Below, piece by piece: positions 40,601-47,682 of a DNA stretch of 64,000 nt. The position numbers and the translations under genes were made by a program. Location of the stretch: IMG/VR virus record IMGVR_UViG_3300043077_000092; one strand, 5' to 3'. The stretch is from a virus (lineage: Duplodnaviria > Caudoviricetes). Below the pieces are notes generated by a model that did no database searches, was not told the origin of the DNA, and was given only the letters and a program-made list of their open reading frames with translations. The number at the start of each line of letters is the position of its first letter. Within the stretch, counting starts at the first letter, position 1.

Positions 40601-43346
40601 GTCCATCAGAACCTTTTTCTCCTAAAAGGAAAGTGCCAGCTTTACTGGTTAAATCTTTAAACTTTGAAGATACGGTTTTCCAGAATTCAGTCTGTTTAAT
40701 CTTATTAAAGAGACCATCATCTCCAAATAAAGACTCCTCTAAAGGAGATATAATCTTTGCATCGATGAATGTAGAGAATTTAACAAATCCAGCTTTTAAT
40801 GTACCAACCGTCTTGTCAAATATTGCACGGATACCTCTCTGACCATTCTCATCGCCAAATACGATGGCGAATAAAGCACTATCTGCCTTTTTGAATGCAT
40901 CAGTTACTACATTCTTGGATTTATCAACTCCACTATTCAAGTGAGCTAAAATCTTACCAAGCCCAGTATCTTCTGGTACCATGCTGAGAAGTTGAGCGAA
41001 TGCTCCGGGTTTTGAATCCTTTACACTCTTATTTGCAGTATGGTAAGCAGATGCGTGTGATTTGGCTTGATCGAGATTAAATTCATCGCTTACATCAAGC
41101 TTACCATTCTGCTTATCTTTCTCACGTTTTTCACTTGTATATGATGAAGTTTTGTCCCTTGGTCTAGTAGATTCATATCTATCTTTGTCAGTTCTAAATG
41201 ACGTAATGACATCTCTACGTCTTGCAGATATTGCATCTACAAAAGAGTTACTCGGTTCACCCTCTCCATTACCTGAGCTACGATTCCGTTTACCGCCGAC
41301 TGGTACTACATATATACCAGTATTGAGGGTCTGTAAAATCTCTCTAAGGTAATAAGTCTGATTATGACCAAATTTATCAGTTACACCACTAGCGATACCA
41401 GATGTGGCGCCAATAATAGTCGTACCGTCTTTTGCATAATTTAAGTGAGAGTCTGTAAAGGAGCCATTTGCTTTGCCTTTACCACTCTTACTATGCTCGC
41501 CTAATCCAGTATTCATATACATGGTATTATATTTAACTGGATCAGCCTGCATTTCTCTCATGGTACGGTCTACAAGAGCACGTTGTTCCTGAGGAAGACG
41601 TCCGAATAAAGCAGTAAGTTTGGCATTGTCAACACCAACCATACCTTCTAAGTATGCACGAACTAATTTAACGCTGGCATCTTCTGATGAAGTTTTACCC
41701 ATCAAATCACGAATATCATCTCTACCAGCTTCTTTGCCACTACGTCCACCTTTACGGAAAGTTCTACCACCAGCAGAATCCATTGTAAGCTTAACTAAGA
41801 ACTTCTCAAAATCTTCTGAGAACTGTTCTCTCTGCTTTCTATCAGCCGCTACATTCTGTTCAAGAAACTCTTTAAACTCTGCTTTATAATCAGAATATAA
41901 AGAAGTCTTTCTGGAGATATCATCTTTCTTAAACTGGGTTTCCATATCACGTAACTTCGTGAATGTACCCTTCTCATAATCAAATACTAATTCCTCTGAA
42001 CCAGAGATAGATGAATGAATTTTCCTCAATAAAGTTGGAATAACATTGGTGAGTGCCTGATGGTCTGTACCTGTCCAAGATGTTGCACCTTTATTATACG
42101 CGCCCTTATCAACCGAGGAAATAGAAATCTTATTTTGTACTCCGAATATTTTACCAATTGCATTAAGAACCGCATTATCAGATCTCTGTAATCCAGATAC
42201 CTGATTTAAAGCTGCAATGGCTGTTTCCTTCAACTGGTTATCAAATTCTGTAATAACCGACTTTACTGTATTTGGAATAAGTTGCTTTGTAATAGCTTTT
42301 GGAATAAAAGATAATGGATTCTGAGCCATCATCTTAAGAGTATCTTTTTCACCAGCTACGAACTTGAGCTGAGAAAGAATCATGTTGCTATCAATGTAGT
42401 TATTGAGCTGCTTTTGCACAAGTTTCTTATAGGCTTCACCATTAATGCTTCCACCCATAGAGAACATTTCCATTACGTCATTATAGTCACGGAATTTTCT
42501 TGTATTGATTTCTGTATTAGGAGCCTGAGCTTTAACAGCTTCCAATATCTGAGTCTGAAGACTGATACTGTCCTCATAATACTTTGCAGATAACGCTGAA
42601 CTCTTTGAAAGAGTATCTCCAACTACCGTTGCTATAGTAGCTACGTTTCCATTAATTGCAGATAACGATGCATTGAGTTCGTTACGCATACCACCAAGAG
42701 CAGTATACATTGCTCTTGTATTTGCCTTATCATAATCTACAATAGCTCTACCAACATTAACCATCGTTTCTGTCTGATAGTTCGTAGCCTGATATAAGGC
42801 ACTGTCTTCACCGAGATTAGTATTTACAACGATACTAGTAGCTTCGTTGTTACCACCTTTCTTACGGTGAAACGATGCATGAGTCTCTCCATCTGAAGAG
42901 TCTAAAGATCCACTGAAGTCATCTTCTCCAGCATCGAAATCTTCAAAATCTCCCCAATCATCACCCATGTCCATCATGTCGTCGTTCATATCACTGAAGA
43001 ACTTATCTGCTCTTTCTTTATTATAGAACTTACCAGACTTCAAGTCTTCCAGTGAATTCTTGAATACCTCTCTACCTAATCCAACGTAGTAGTTACGGTC
43101 AACTGCGTTCTTTAGAGTATTAGCAGAGGATCTCGTCTTTTTAATCGCTTCAACTGCATCTTTACCTGCTGATGCTGTAGTCTTTGCGACATCAATCGTA
43201 GATGGCATTAATTCAGAAAGTACATCAAAGGTTGAATATCCTACAGACTTAACTGCATTTGCTACCCAAGAACCAGACCTCTGAGCAACATTACGAGTTT
43301 TCGTAGTAGGTTTCTTGACGTACTTACTAAGACTATCTCTTGCCAT
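31605..43346 (-). CDS. Tape measure / tail-associated lysin (~3913 aa) with C39-like peptidase, NlpC/P60-like amidase and phage tail lysozyme domains
   Basis: Long G/A/S/K helical repeats; 3x PGGPI(GG)AL glycine zippers; PYYSQNDP..SGCGPTAMAM..GHYV..INDP; TDCSGYV..GDIL..GHTEI; IWNYF..G.S.AATAAILGNAQQESGINP..GIFQW. ATG 43346 follows GAAAGGAAGTGA. Confidence 0.85.
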   Translation of the reverse strand: MARDSLSKYVKKPTTKTRNVAQRSGSWVANAVKSVGYSTFDVLSELMPSTIDVAKTTASAGKDAVEAIKKTRSSANTLKNAVDRNYYVGLGREVFKNSLEDLKSGKFYNKERADKFFSDMNDDMMDMGDDWGDFEDFDAGEDDFSGSLDSSDGETHASFHRKKGGNNEATSIVVNTNLGEDSALYQATNYQTETMVNVGRAIVDYDKANTRAMYTALGGMRNELNASLSAINGNVATIATVVGDTLSKSSALSAKYYEDSISLQTQILEAVKAQAPNTEINTRKFRDYNDVMEMFSMGGSINGEAYKKLVQKQLNNYIDSNMILSQLKFVAGEKDTLKMMAQNPLSFIPKAITKQLIPNTVKSVITEFDNQLKETAIAALNQVSGLQRSDNAVLNAIGKIFGVQNKISISSVDKGAYNKGATSWTGTDHQALTNVIPTLLRKIHSSISGSEELVFDYEKGTFTKLRDMETQFKKDDISRKTSLYSDYKAEFKEFLEQNVAADRKQREQFSEDFEKFLVKLTMDSAGGRTFRKGGRSGKEAGRDDIRDLMGKTSSEDASVKLVRAYLEGMVGVDNAKLTALFGRLPQEQRALVDRTMREMQADPVKYNTMYMNTGLGEHSKSGKGKANGSFTDSHLNYAKDGTTIIGATSGIASGVTDKFGHNQTYYLREILQTLNTGIYVVPVGGKRNRSSGNGEGEPSNSFVDAISARRRDVITSFRTDKDRYESTRPRDKTSSYTSEKREKDKQNGKLDVSDEFNLDQAKSHASAYHTANKSVKDSKPGAFAQLLSMVPEDTGLGKILAHLNSGVDKSKNVVTDAFKKADSALFAIVFGDENGQRGIRAIFDKTVGTLKAGFVKFSTFIDAKIISPLEESLFGDDGLFNKIKQTEFWKTVSSKFKDLTSKAGTFLLGEKGSDGLRSGGLFSETANELKNMGANVKIVILGEKGPDGKPLPLEQDNSVVGNIKRMFNNVTSSVSSAIGLDADKPKESLGTRISTGIDAVFDRLKERTNEFSDNVFGQTGNSSEFVKQFKEDMKGQKGYVGASAVLGAVGTMVFHRHMGLLGSMFLPGGPIGGALLGAGIGIASKSTGLKNYLFGPEDQDENGNTYRTGGLITKEVQDFFKNNKTGITVGSLGGLAATYGLLPSFFFPGGPIGGALVGGAVSLATKTTEFQNLLYGEGGTKDNPTGGITAKLKQIFGKDKNMKGLAIDAGIGAGVGLVGSFFLPGGPILNALLGSALSVGTATDKFKTWFFGEDDGTGKRKGGVLTKFTDFTKEKLFTPLAKSVKIAQNHIMGFVEENMVIPFKYAIDPIVTEAKHLGGVIKKKVDGLFNSVKESIHTNITKPIGEAVDKHFIQPLKNTLSKIFGGLGKIIGNIIAAPFRAISGVGKSAYEGQKKRGVKGYEQGVDEKYKSDRDALLTDENGKKLGFFARLRKTPERVSLWSKMNKEKYDKDKRNAAQFSDQGAYYERGQTVERYERQAREQAAVRARVAAKDMAIRNGTSVSAPSYTPPTGGTNSSATKVSTNQPSGISASEFARRTGLSRAEVRRMIKSGEIQATKNGESWSIPESVVDKFKTKSTNATSPNASAKSNTTGAFKNKTKKSETTSGYEPDNTKVSVSPADQSSKSQGTSKSQNYSAPKIDSDFYTSVKKDVSQIANSVYGQLNGVGSNINKIYRLLLKKFGEKDEDIKGDNNKSYVGFFGRIRTALNRPFQAIGNIITAPFRKIADIGHSFVKRITNIGGLLSKAGKSLISGLGGIAKGVGSILKELVKLPLDIAHTALSAIRSALPAIGEVLKTGVSLLGDGLKVAGSVVVDSVQAIGNTIAGAAKGFGQLVGGAMSGLGSILKSVGLIGAEALKGLWTGAKAVGKTALNVVGNVASAPFKLLSGAGKGLLGRGKVQHVIVDSGTLDLVKTVKKVKEVKGLGGSGGNDGGKPIKPIKPAPISTSVSDFTGGFGRKKQSKLHVIVDGVTKSAIRNIMKALGSVSVMKAGALPDLFGLGGGEEGTPTKPDMIDNNAGDTSVSTNLTAGGPADDDTDKTDNVEATGGSAIGNFRDKMSEKIANRQSQVDKGSRTSLLSRFAAADKDKEESEFRTKMLTYLGRTSESTEEHKSLFSSIFSKKGLITAGIIALLPIFIKLFKNLKLGDLLVSLAKTVTDGWSEIGGISGAINNLKEKITQGESVATGEETTYQVDDDGNLVYDEDGNLVTETNKVSRISAALTPTRTRIDTETGKWENKKEWTGTSGTTVKLAGKGLSYGIKKVDKALNSKAGKAVVKGTKKVASTAVSAAKTAATNFVTSGRDYNALKAAGSAFASEAGTAQKVAGKVVGVADNAVSSITKVADNAVKQVGDSKVIQTFIEKGKSAIEFLISKLAAAGEKLGLNIPVSSFDDITKMLSEKFFKSDVLAGFKEKIANFMGKISGRTVAIALDVGFAVYGVVNGAANAGYLFEVNSEDVDTKMRLISAVFSGLMSTTVGSIIDFINSMIYEILGMNFIKVIASYTYKLFSDDEDAAALDAKQEDFTKGYEDYVEKEYEAYVKSTEEQGQEAMSLEDFKASDLSTTRSEYNSNTNKSLFKRGFDAVKGVGKGIGNAVKGVGSGLKKAGSTVVSAVSGAGSWVKDKVTGVGSAIKNSKVGQAVSGGISTAKEAISTGVSTVFNKGKEIFSNVGSSISNIAKSGVDAAKGLATGYKTIEDNFYNKDNSFADYFKSDVNTVDEDNPFHGIVGGVLNIAKFTMFPKLLVAGILKKVGRAIADGVGKLLNTGKTVFSDYSTNLANINQLARSGDVAGLSSYEISTSEDDPLGGLVSGLLGVTRVFNYPVALVVAGGKKIVEGVKGIISGVKSAATDYSTNVSTLNQLSLSGDLDGLGNYEVTTSEDNPVSGFVSAMVGVSRIFHYPLALVVAGGKKIVEGVKGIVTTVASTGSQIITGSTDLGSLAISGDVEGLKGYAEVDEEGNPVGSFANAVLGVEKVLLTPLAMVTSVGKKIKSFIGEKVTAVKDYGTSVSTFVSKLNQYTDPDKDLSGWDNESMATSDDDVVGSVLSSIIKKVMWVYVGIVRSVKNAFDFVGDAVDNIKEGVSDTVDNVKEGVSNAASTVKSGASSALNWVSDKVNSAGTAIMNLGRGGNDGGRPVGGKGGSGEELNGMPYYSQNDPRYKNKPYRQTGGFGSGDDTIGDSGCGPTAMAMVASKFTGRDYNPATMARMAEDGGYSTSVGTTPGYFSAAGNALGIPNQQVSPTAESVQTSLANGNPVILQGAKGGSNNSPYTSEGHYVTATGIDGNNVIINDPRGKEYSGEYRMSDVMNDTTGAWSFGGQAGGFGSGAKRTASRLLRGGRGATVYASDTDDDSTSTNVATTALSKWISIVRAVKQAIAAQQLGYSQSRYTTITVGGRSIKVRTDCSGYVQTCLKYFGVMDEGKNLTSSDVQNAGNSTMKATGFTPYNWPGWDNLKEGDILGITGHTEIFAYNQNGQHYVYNCGSDKSCNSAVPTVSGHSAYKTIWRCGAAGDNALSSYAVDGSSTADVSYTDSSSSSSVASSSSGSSFSSFTELLSGLADAAISPIKKAFGLDTSDDSSTSTSTSSGSYDSSSSDSSAYTGTTIDAASVTGSSNAQKIWNYFTQNGYSKAATAAILGNAQQESGINPESGKSDSAVAHGIFQWETGRFANLKNYANKMGAQWYTIEPQIGYLATELPDSSVAYFNKKATYGSNVGHGAAGKTNFEVAGTTPTTFDAWKNSTDVDTATRQFEAAVERASWPRIDKRVAYAKGFYNEYANGGSGGLDGGRPIKRVSQSLSNKQNQIGGRGESKVSQVTSSIRESASSAIDKIKSNATQNTNDMSQMIKLALDYLSKIADNTGNTNTELEELNSKDFGGSYSQVNTTNNLVGTTDKSDNSSDRDKTADRSEYSMAKRVAAGLLS

Positions 43347-43440
43347 TGTTATCTCACTTCCTTTCAAGTTAGATTAACTTATTGTGAAAAATAAAAGTGA
43401 GCCAACGGCTTTTATTTTAATCATTATGGGAGTTTAATTG

Positions 43441-43448
43441 ATATATTA
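43441..43448 (+). promoter_or_regulatory. Early-type phage promoter core ATATATTA (representative of 7 copies)
   Basis: Recurs upstream of non-structural genes; resembles the phiKZ early promoter core TATATTAC. Confidence 0.6.
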
Positions 43449-43500
43449 GATATGAGTAAGCAAAGAAAGATTGGCTTACCAAGAAAGGAGGTGAATCCTC

Positions 43501-43707
43501 ATGGCAAACCAAAAAGGGTTTGGTAACACGGCATCATTACCGTGTTACCAACCAGTCAACACCCAACCTAGTTGGGTACATGGATATCCGAGCACCAATC
43601 GGACGTTCATGGATGAGTACGAATCACATCGTGCTCATGTTAATGACAACCCTGAGATGTTTGCACGAGACGTAAGTGTCATTATGAACTTACTGAGTGC
43701 AATGTAG
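43501..43707 (+). CDS. Small peptide, hairpin-module family copy B (68 aa)
   Basis: RBS GAAAGGAGGTGA; RTFMDEYESHRAHVNDNPEMFARDVSVIMNLLS; early-type ATATATTA at 43441-43448. Confidence 0.8.
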   Translation: MANQKGFGNTASLPCYQPVNTQPSWVHGYPSTNRTFMDEYESHRAHVNDNPEMFARDVSVIMNLLSAM

Positions 43708-43723
43708 CTAGGTTTGTCTCATC

Positions 43724-43766
43724 AAAAATATAGGGTGGATGAGTTATTGTCCACCCTATATTTTTT
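43724..43766 (+). terminator. Bidirectional terminator closing module B
   Basis: AAAAATATAGGGTGGA / TCCACCCTATATTTTT. Confidence 0.8.
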
Positions 43767-43844
43767 GTGTAAAGCAACTTTGTTTATTATAAAGTTCATA
43801 GATAAAAAACAATGCTGATTTGACAATAGAGGAGGTGATTCCTT

Positions 43845-44090
43845 ATGGCAAACCAGCATTGTTGTGATAATGGTGGCATGTACCATTACCAAGTTCGTAC
43901 ATCTCCCAGTTATGGGAATCATAGATATTCGAGCACCACCGATCGAACATTCTTAGATAAATACGAATATGCGTCTTATCTTGAACGCATTACTGTAATG
44001 TATCATGAATTTCACAAAATTAAGAATGGGTGGGTAACTTCGGTTCCCACCCATTTTTTTGTATTACTATTTCGGATTTCAACCTACTAG
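43845..44090 (+). CDS. Hairpin-module family copy C, probably degenerate
   Basis: MANQ start and STTDRTFLDKYE match copy B, but the conserved C-terminus is lost and the frame runs through the terminator at 44025-44060. Confidence 0.5.
   Translation: MANQHCCDNGGMYHYQVRTSPSYGNHRYSSTTDRTFLDKYEYASYLERITVMYHEFHKIKNGWVTSVPTHFFVLLFRISTY
44025..44060 (+). terminator. Intrinsic terminator closing module C
   Basis: AATGGGTGGG / CCCACCCATT followed by a T-tract. Confidence 0.75.
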
Positions 44091-44165
44091 ACAATCTGCA
44101 AATATATTAATTATATAGGATACAGAAACCACGGAATCTTAAATATAAAAGAGGAGGTAAGATAT

Positions 44166-45866
44166 ATGAAATATCTTAAAGAGGCAGCGTTCAAAACAAA
44201 ATCGGTGTATATAATCGCCGTGAGTGTAGTAATCTCTATAGTATGTACTACTATAAATACCGAGATACTCATTTGGATTTCCAATGCAGTTACTAATTAT
44301 AAAGATCCAATGCATTGGGTTAATCTGGTTATAATCGGTTGTGTTTCTATAATAGTACTTGCTATAGTTAGACCATGGTTTAATAATATAGGAAACCATA
44401 AAGTCTACACTTACCTTTATAATCGACTTACTGACAAGTTGGTTTGCGCTGATTATGATTTGTACACGAAGTTCTCGCCGGGTGAAATAATCACTACAGC
44501 AGAAAGTTTATGGAACATAACTCGTCTAGTCATATTGTCACTTAATATGATTAGAAATCTGATTACATTCATCATTACTATGATCGCAATCGGATTAATT
44601 GCGCCTAAGGTAATCGTTCCTATTGGTATTGTCTATATAATAGCTGCAATTGTATTGTATATTGCAACTAAGAAATGGAACGAGGCTGACGAAGAGTTAG
44701 ATTCTAATAAGCGTAAACGTAATAGGGAACTTGACGAGATAATAAATGGATTTGCTGAGGTACGCTCATTTAGTCATGCAGTTGAGCATCATCAGAAGTC
44801 GATAACAAGCATGAACAACAGTGTTCTCTCAATGATTGGAAAGAGAATCAGGGTTGATTCATTCATAACTGTTTGGTATCAGGTAATTGATGGTGCAGTT
44901 ACAGTCGGCATATTGGCATACGTTATCCTTGCACTGAATAATGGTTCTATGACATCATCTGCAACGGCAGTGACTTTAGCAATGTATGCTTGGAGATTGA
45001 TTGAACCTATGGCTTCATTTGTTGACTCTCTTAGCGAAGTATCTTCATGTAAAGCACCGTTACCAAAATTTGAACGTGTGATGAATTATGAGAATACTGT
45101 ACCAACTGGTTCAATTGATCTTGAGTCATTTGACAGGGAAATTCAGTTCAACCATGTAGATTTCTCATACGATAAGTCTAGTTACGTATTGAACGATGTT
45201 TCCTTCAGTGTAAAGAAAGGAGAACATATCGGAATATGTGGACCAACAGGCGGAGGAAAATCTACGTTGTTAAAGCTTGTTCCAAAGTTCTATGATGTAA
45301 CTGGTGGTTCGATCACAATTGATGGGATTAACTTAAAGGATCTTACAACTACATCAGTTAGAGAGCATATCGGGATAGTACACCAGTCTCCATACATTTT
45401 TGATGGTTCTATTATGAGCAATATTAAGTATGCTGGTTTCAATAGAACGTCTAGTGGAAACTCAGTTACTGATGCAGAAGTTATTGATGCTTGTAAGAAA
45501 GCGTCAATCTATGATTTTGTAATGTCACTTCCAGATAAGTTCGAAACCCAGGTTGGACCAAGAGGTCTCAAACTTTCTGGTGGGCAAAAGCAAAGAATAG
45601 CATTAGCTCGTTTATTCATCAGTAATCCAGATATCATAATATTGGACGAAGCTACTTCAGCGTTGGATAATGAAACGGAGAGATTTGTACAAGATTCTCT
45701 AAATGCATTTAGAGATAAGACTATGATAGTTGTTGCTCATCGATTATCAACTATAAAGAATTCAGACAAGATTATTGTAATTGATGAGCATCGCGTTGTG
45801 GAACAAGGTACTCATGAGGAACTCATCGAGAAGAAAGGATTATATGAATCCATGTATAATAACTAA
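44166..45866 (+). CDS. ABC exporter, fused transmembrane + ATPase (MsbA/ABCB type)
   Basis: N-terminal TM helices; Walker A GPTGGGKST, signature LSGGQKQR, Walker B IIILDEATSALD, H-loop VAHRLST; early-type ATATATTA at 44102-44109. Confidence 0.95.
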   Translation: MKYLKEAAFKTKSVYIIAVSVVISIVCTTINTEILIWISNAVTNYKDPMHWVNLVIIGCVSIIVLAIVRPWFNNIGNHKVYTYLYNRLTDKLVCADYDLYTKFSPGEIITTAESLWNITRLVILSLNMIRNLITFIITMIAIGLIAPKVIVPIGIVYIIAAIVLYIATKKWNEADEELDSNKRKRNRELDEIINGFAEVRSFSHAVEHHQKSITSMNNSVLSMIGKRIRVDSFITVWYQVIDGAVTVGILAYVILALNNGSMTSSATAVTLAMYAWRLIEPMASFVDSLSEVSSCKAPLPKFERVMNYENTVPTGSIDLESFDREIQFNHVDFSYDKSSYVLNDVSFSVKKGEHIGICGPTGGGKSTLLKLVPKFYDVTGGSITIDGINLKDLTTTSVREHIGIVHQSPYIFDGSIMSNIKYAGFNRTSSGNSVTDAEVIDACKKASIYDFVMSLPDKFETQVGPRGLKLSGGQKQRIALARLFISNPDIIILDEATSALDNETERFVQDSLNAFRDKTMIVVAHRLSTIKNSDKIIVIDEHRVVEQGTHEELIEKKGLYESMYNN

Positions 45867-45907
45867 AAATAAACAAGTGATCAGTAAATTGAAAGGAGGT
45901 GATTCCT

Positions 45908-46117
45908 ATGATTACTGATCACTTGTTTAGTGATCCCAACAAGACAAGTCTTGTTGGGTCGGTTCCATACTCAATGAGTAATAGGAACCAGCGTCATGAT
46001 ACTCGGTCCCCAGATTTGAGTTTCATGACAGGGTATGAGTCTAATCGTGCCCGAATAAGTGATAATCCCGAAGCATTTTCTCGGGATATGCGTTTCATAC
46101 TAAACGCATTATCTTAA
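45908..46117 (+). CDS. Small peptide, hairpin-module family copy D (69 aa)
   Basis: ATG 45908 after GAAAGGAGGTGA; MITDHLF..FSRDMRFILNALS ends identical to copy A. Confidence 0.8.
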   Translation: MITDHLFSDPNKTSLVGSVPYSMSNRNQRHDTRSPDLSFMTGYESNRARISDNPEAFSRDMRFILNALS

Positions 46118-46140
46118 TGTATTAAGGTATATCACAATTT

Positions 46141-46180
46141 ATAGGGGAGATGGTTTTATTCATCTCCCCTATATTTTTTG
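46141..46180 (+). terminator. Terminator closing module D
   Basis: ATAGGGGAGATG / CATCTCCCCTAT followed by ATTTTTTG. Confidence 0.8.
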
Positions 46181-46213
46181 TATGAATTAACAACCCCTCG
46201 GAACATACAAAAA

Positions 46214-46250
46214 ATGAAGCAGAACAAGATTTACACTCGTTCTGCTTCAT
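46214..46250 (-). terminator. Intrinsic terminator
   Basis: ATGAAGCAGAAC / GTTCTGCTTCAT with a T-tract on the minus strand. Confidence 0.7.
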
Positions 46251-46274
46251 TCACGCAGCGATATTTAACCGATC

Positions 46275-46799
46275 TTACAGGTTCTCTTTAAGATTGTCAG
46301 GGCATGTACTCTTTGCCTTAACCTTGATGAATTCACCCTGACGCTGTTTGGTCTTCTGAGCATCACCCGGACGACGTACTTCCTTGATCGAAGCCTTTAC
46401 TGTTGTAGCCTCGATGCTTGCCTGCATATTCTCCTGTCTTGCAAACGGGAACTTCTTTCCCGTACCAACGATGTATTCACGGACCGTAGACTCAACATAG
46501 TCATACAGCGGTAACTTCGGGAACTGATGGTCTGCAACCAACTTCTCCTGTTCTGCCGCATCGCAGCCGGAAGCCTTTGCAACCGATCCGATAAGACTCT
46601 TTCTGAGATCTGCGATAGGGTTTGACTTAACCTCTACCAACTCACCGTTCTTTACCTTCATCTCAACTTTCTCGTATCCCGGATCATTGAGCAGTGCTGT
46701 ACCGAGCTCATTGAAATATGCCTCATTGAAAGTCTTCTTGTTTCCAGAGCTCTCACATTCTTTGATAATCTTTGCTTTTGTTTCTGCAAATTTACCCAT
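46275..46799 (-). CDS. Hypothetical basic protein
   Basis: ATG 46799 after AAGGAGG; K/R-rich C-terminus; GC-richer third codon positions than neighbours. Confidence 0.75.
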   Translation of the reverse strand: MGKFAETKAKIIKECESSGNKKTFNEAYFNELGTALLNDPGYEKVEMKVKNGELVEVKSNPIADLRKSLIGSVAKASGCDAAEQEKLVADHQFPKLPLYDYVESTVREYIVGTGKKFPFARQENMQASIEATTVKASIKEVRRPGDAQKTKQRQGEFIKVKAKSTCPDNLKENL

Positions 46800-46960
46800 T
46801 GTAGTATCCTCCTTATTAAAAAGATTATTTTGTTTATCGGGTTTACTACGATGTAAACTCAATGAAAACTTATTACTACCGTAATCGCACCCAATTTATT
46901 AAATAGTTATCGTGATTGTGAAAATAAATACAAAATTTGCACAAATCACGACGAACTAAT

Positions 46961-47572
46961 TTAATCGTACTTCATAATGGTGAAATTACCTGTCGGGTAA
47001 TGGACTTCATAATCGGGAGAATCAGAATCTATCTCTTCAAATAACTCCTGATCTTCTTCTCTCATACTACCAGAAGAGTTTTCTCCAGATGCTGCACTAT
47101 AAGACATACCGTTATAGATCTGACTATATTCACAACCGTCACATTGTCCATTTCGATATTCCATACAAGTTTCGCAATCATCACATATGTCACATACTTC
47201 TGGTAGATACCGATTATCGTACTTTATCTTGTTACAATACTCGCATATATATCCTTCGTCAGAATCATCAATCAAATCCTGTTCATTATAAACAAATACC
47301 CCACGCTCAATATTCGAGAGTGGTCTGTTATCCTTCCCATTACAATTCTTCTGACAGCCTGTACATTGGCTACCAGTATAACTACTAAGATCAACTCCTT
47401 TTTCTTCAAGCTTTGCTCGCTTGAATTTGTTAATCCTTTCATTTGTAACTGGATCGTAGATTGCTTTTCGCATATGCGATTCTATACCGCTCTCTTGTTG
47501 TGCAGATATAATCATGTCAATGATTTCATCAACGTTCTTGGATCTAGGACTAAACTCATTAGTGATTGCCAT
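46961..47572 (-). CDS. Cys-rich putative metal-binding protein
   Basis: CTGCQKNC, CEYC, CDICDDCETC, CDGC; early-type ATATATTA at 47607-47614. Confidence 0.7.
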   Translation of the reverse strand: MAITNEFSPRSKNVDEIIDMIISAQQESGIESHMRKAIYDPVTNERINKFKRAKLEEKGVDLSSYTGSQCTGCQKNCNGKDNRPLSNIERGVFVYNEQDLIDDSDEGYICEYCNKIKYDNRYLPEVCDICDDCETCMEYRNGQCDGCEYSQIYNGMSYSAASGENSSGSMREEDQELFEEIDSDSPDYEVHYPTGNFTIMKYD

Positions 47573-47682
47573 ATCCTTACAACCTCCTTTCAATTAATCA
47601 CTCTTTTAATATATATTCAAAAGGGAGAACGAAGTTCACATTGGAAATTCGTTCTCCATAAATTGTAACTTAGATGGTGCAA

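Noticed and set aside
31979-41889. Many 60-194 aa ORFs overlapping the tape measure gene (and similar ones inside other long genes)
   Set aside because: Antisense or out-of-frame shadows with no RBS and no recognisable motifs.
43501-46117. Peptides as classical double-glycine bacteriocins, lanthipeptides or hydrophobic type I toxins
   Set aside because: No GG leader, no modifying enzymes in the window, no transmembrane helix; conservation is C-terminal.
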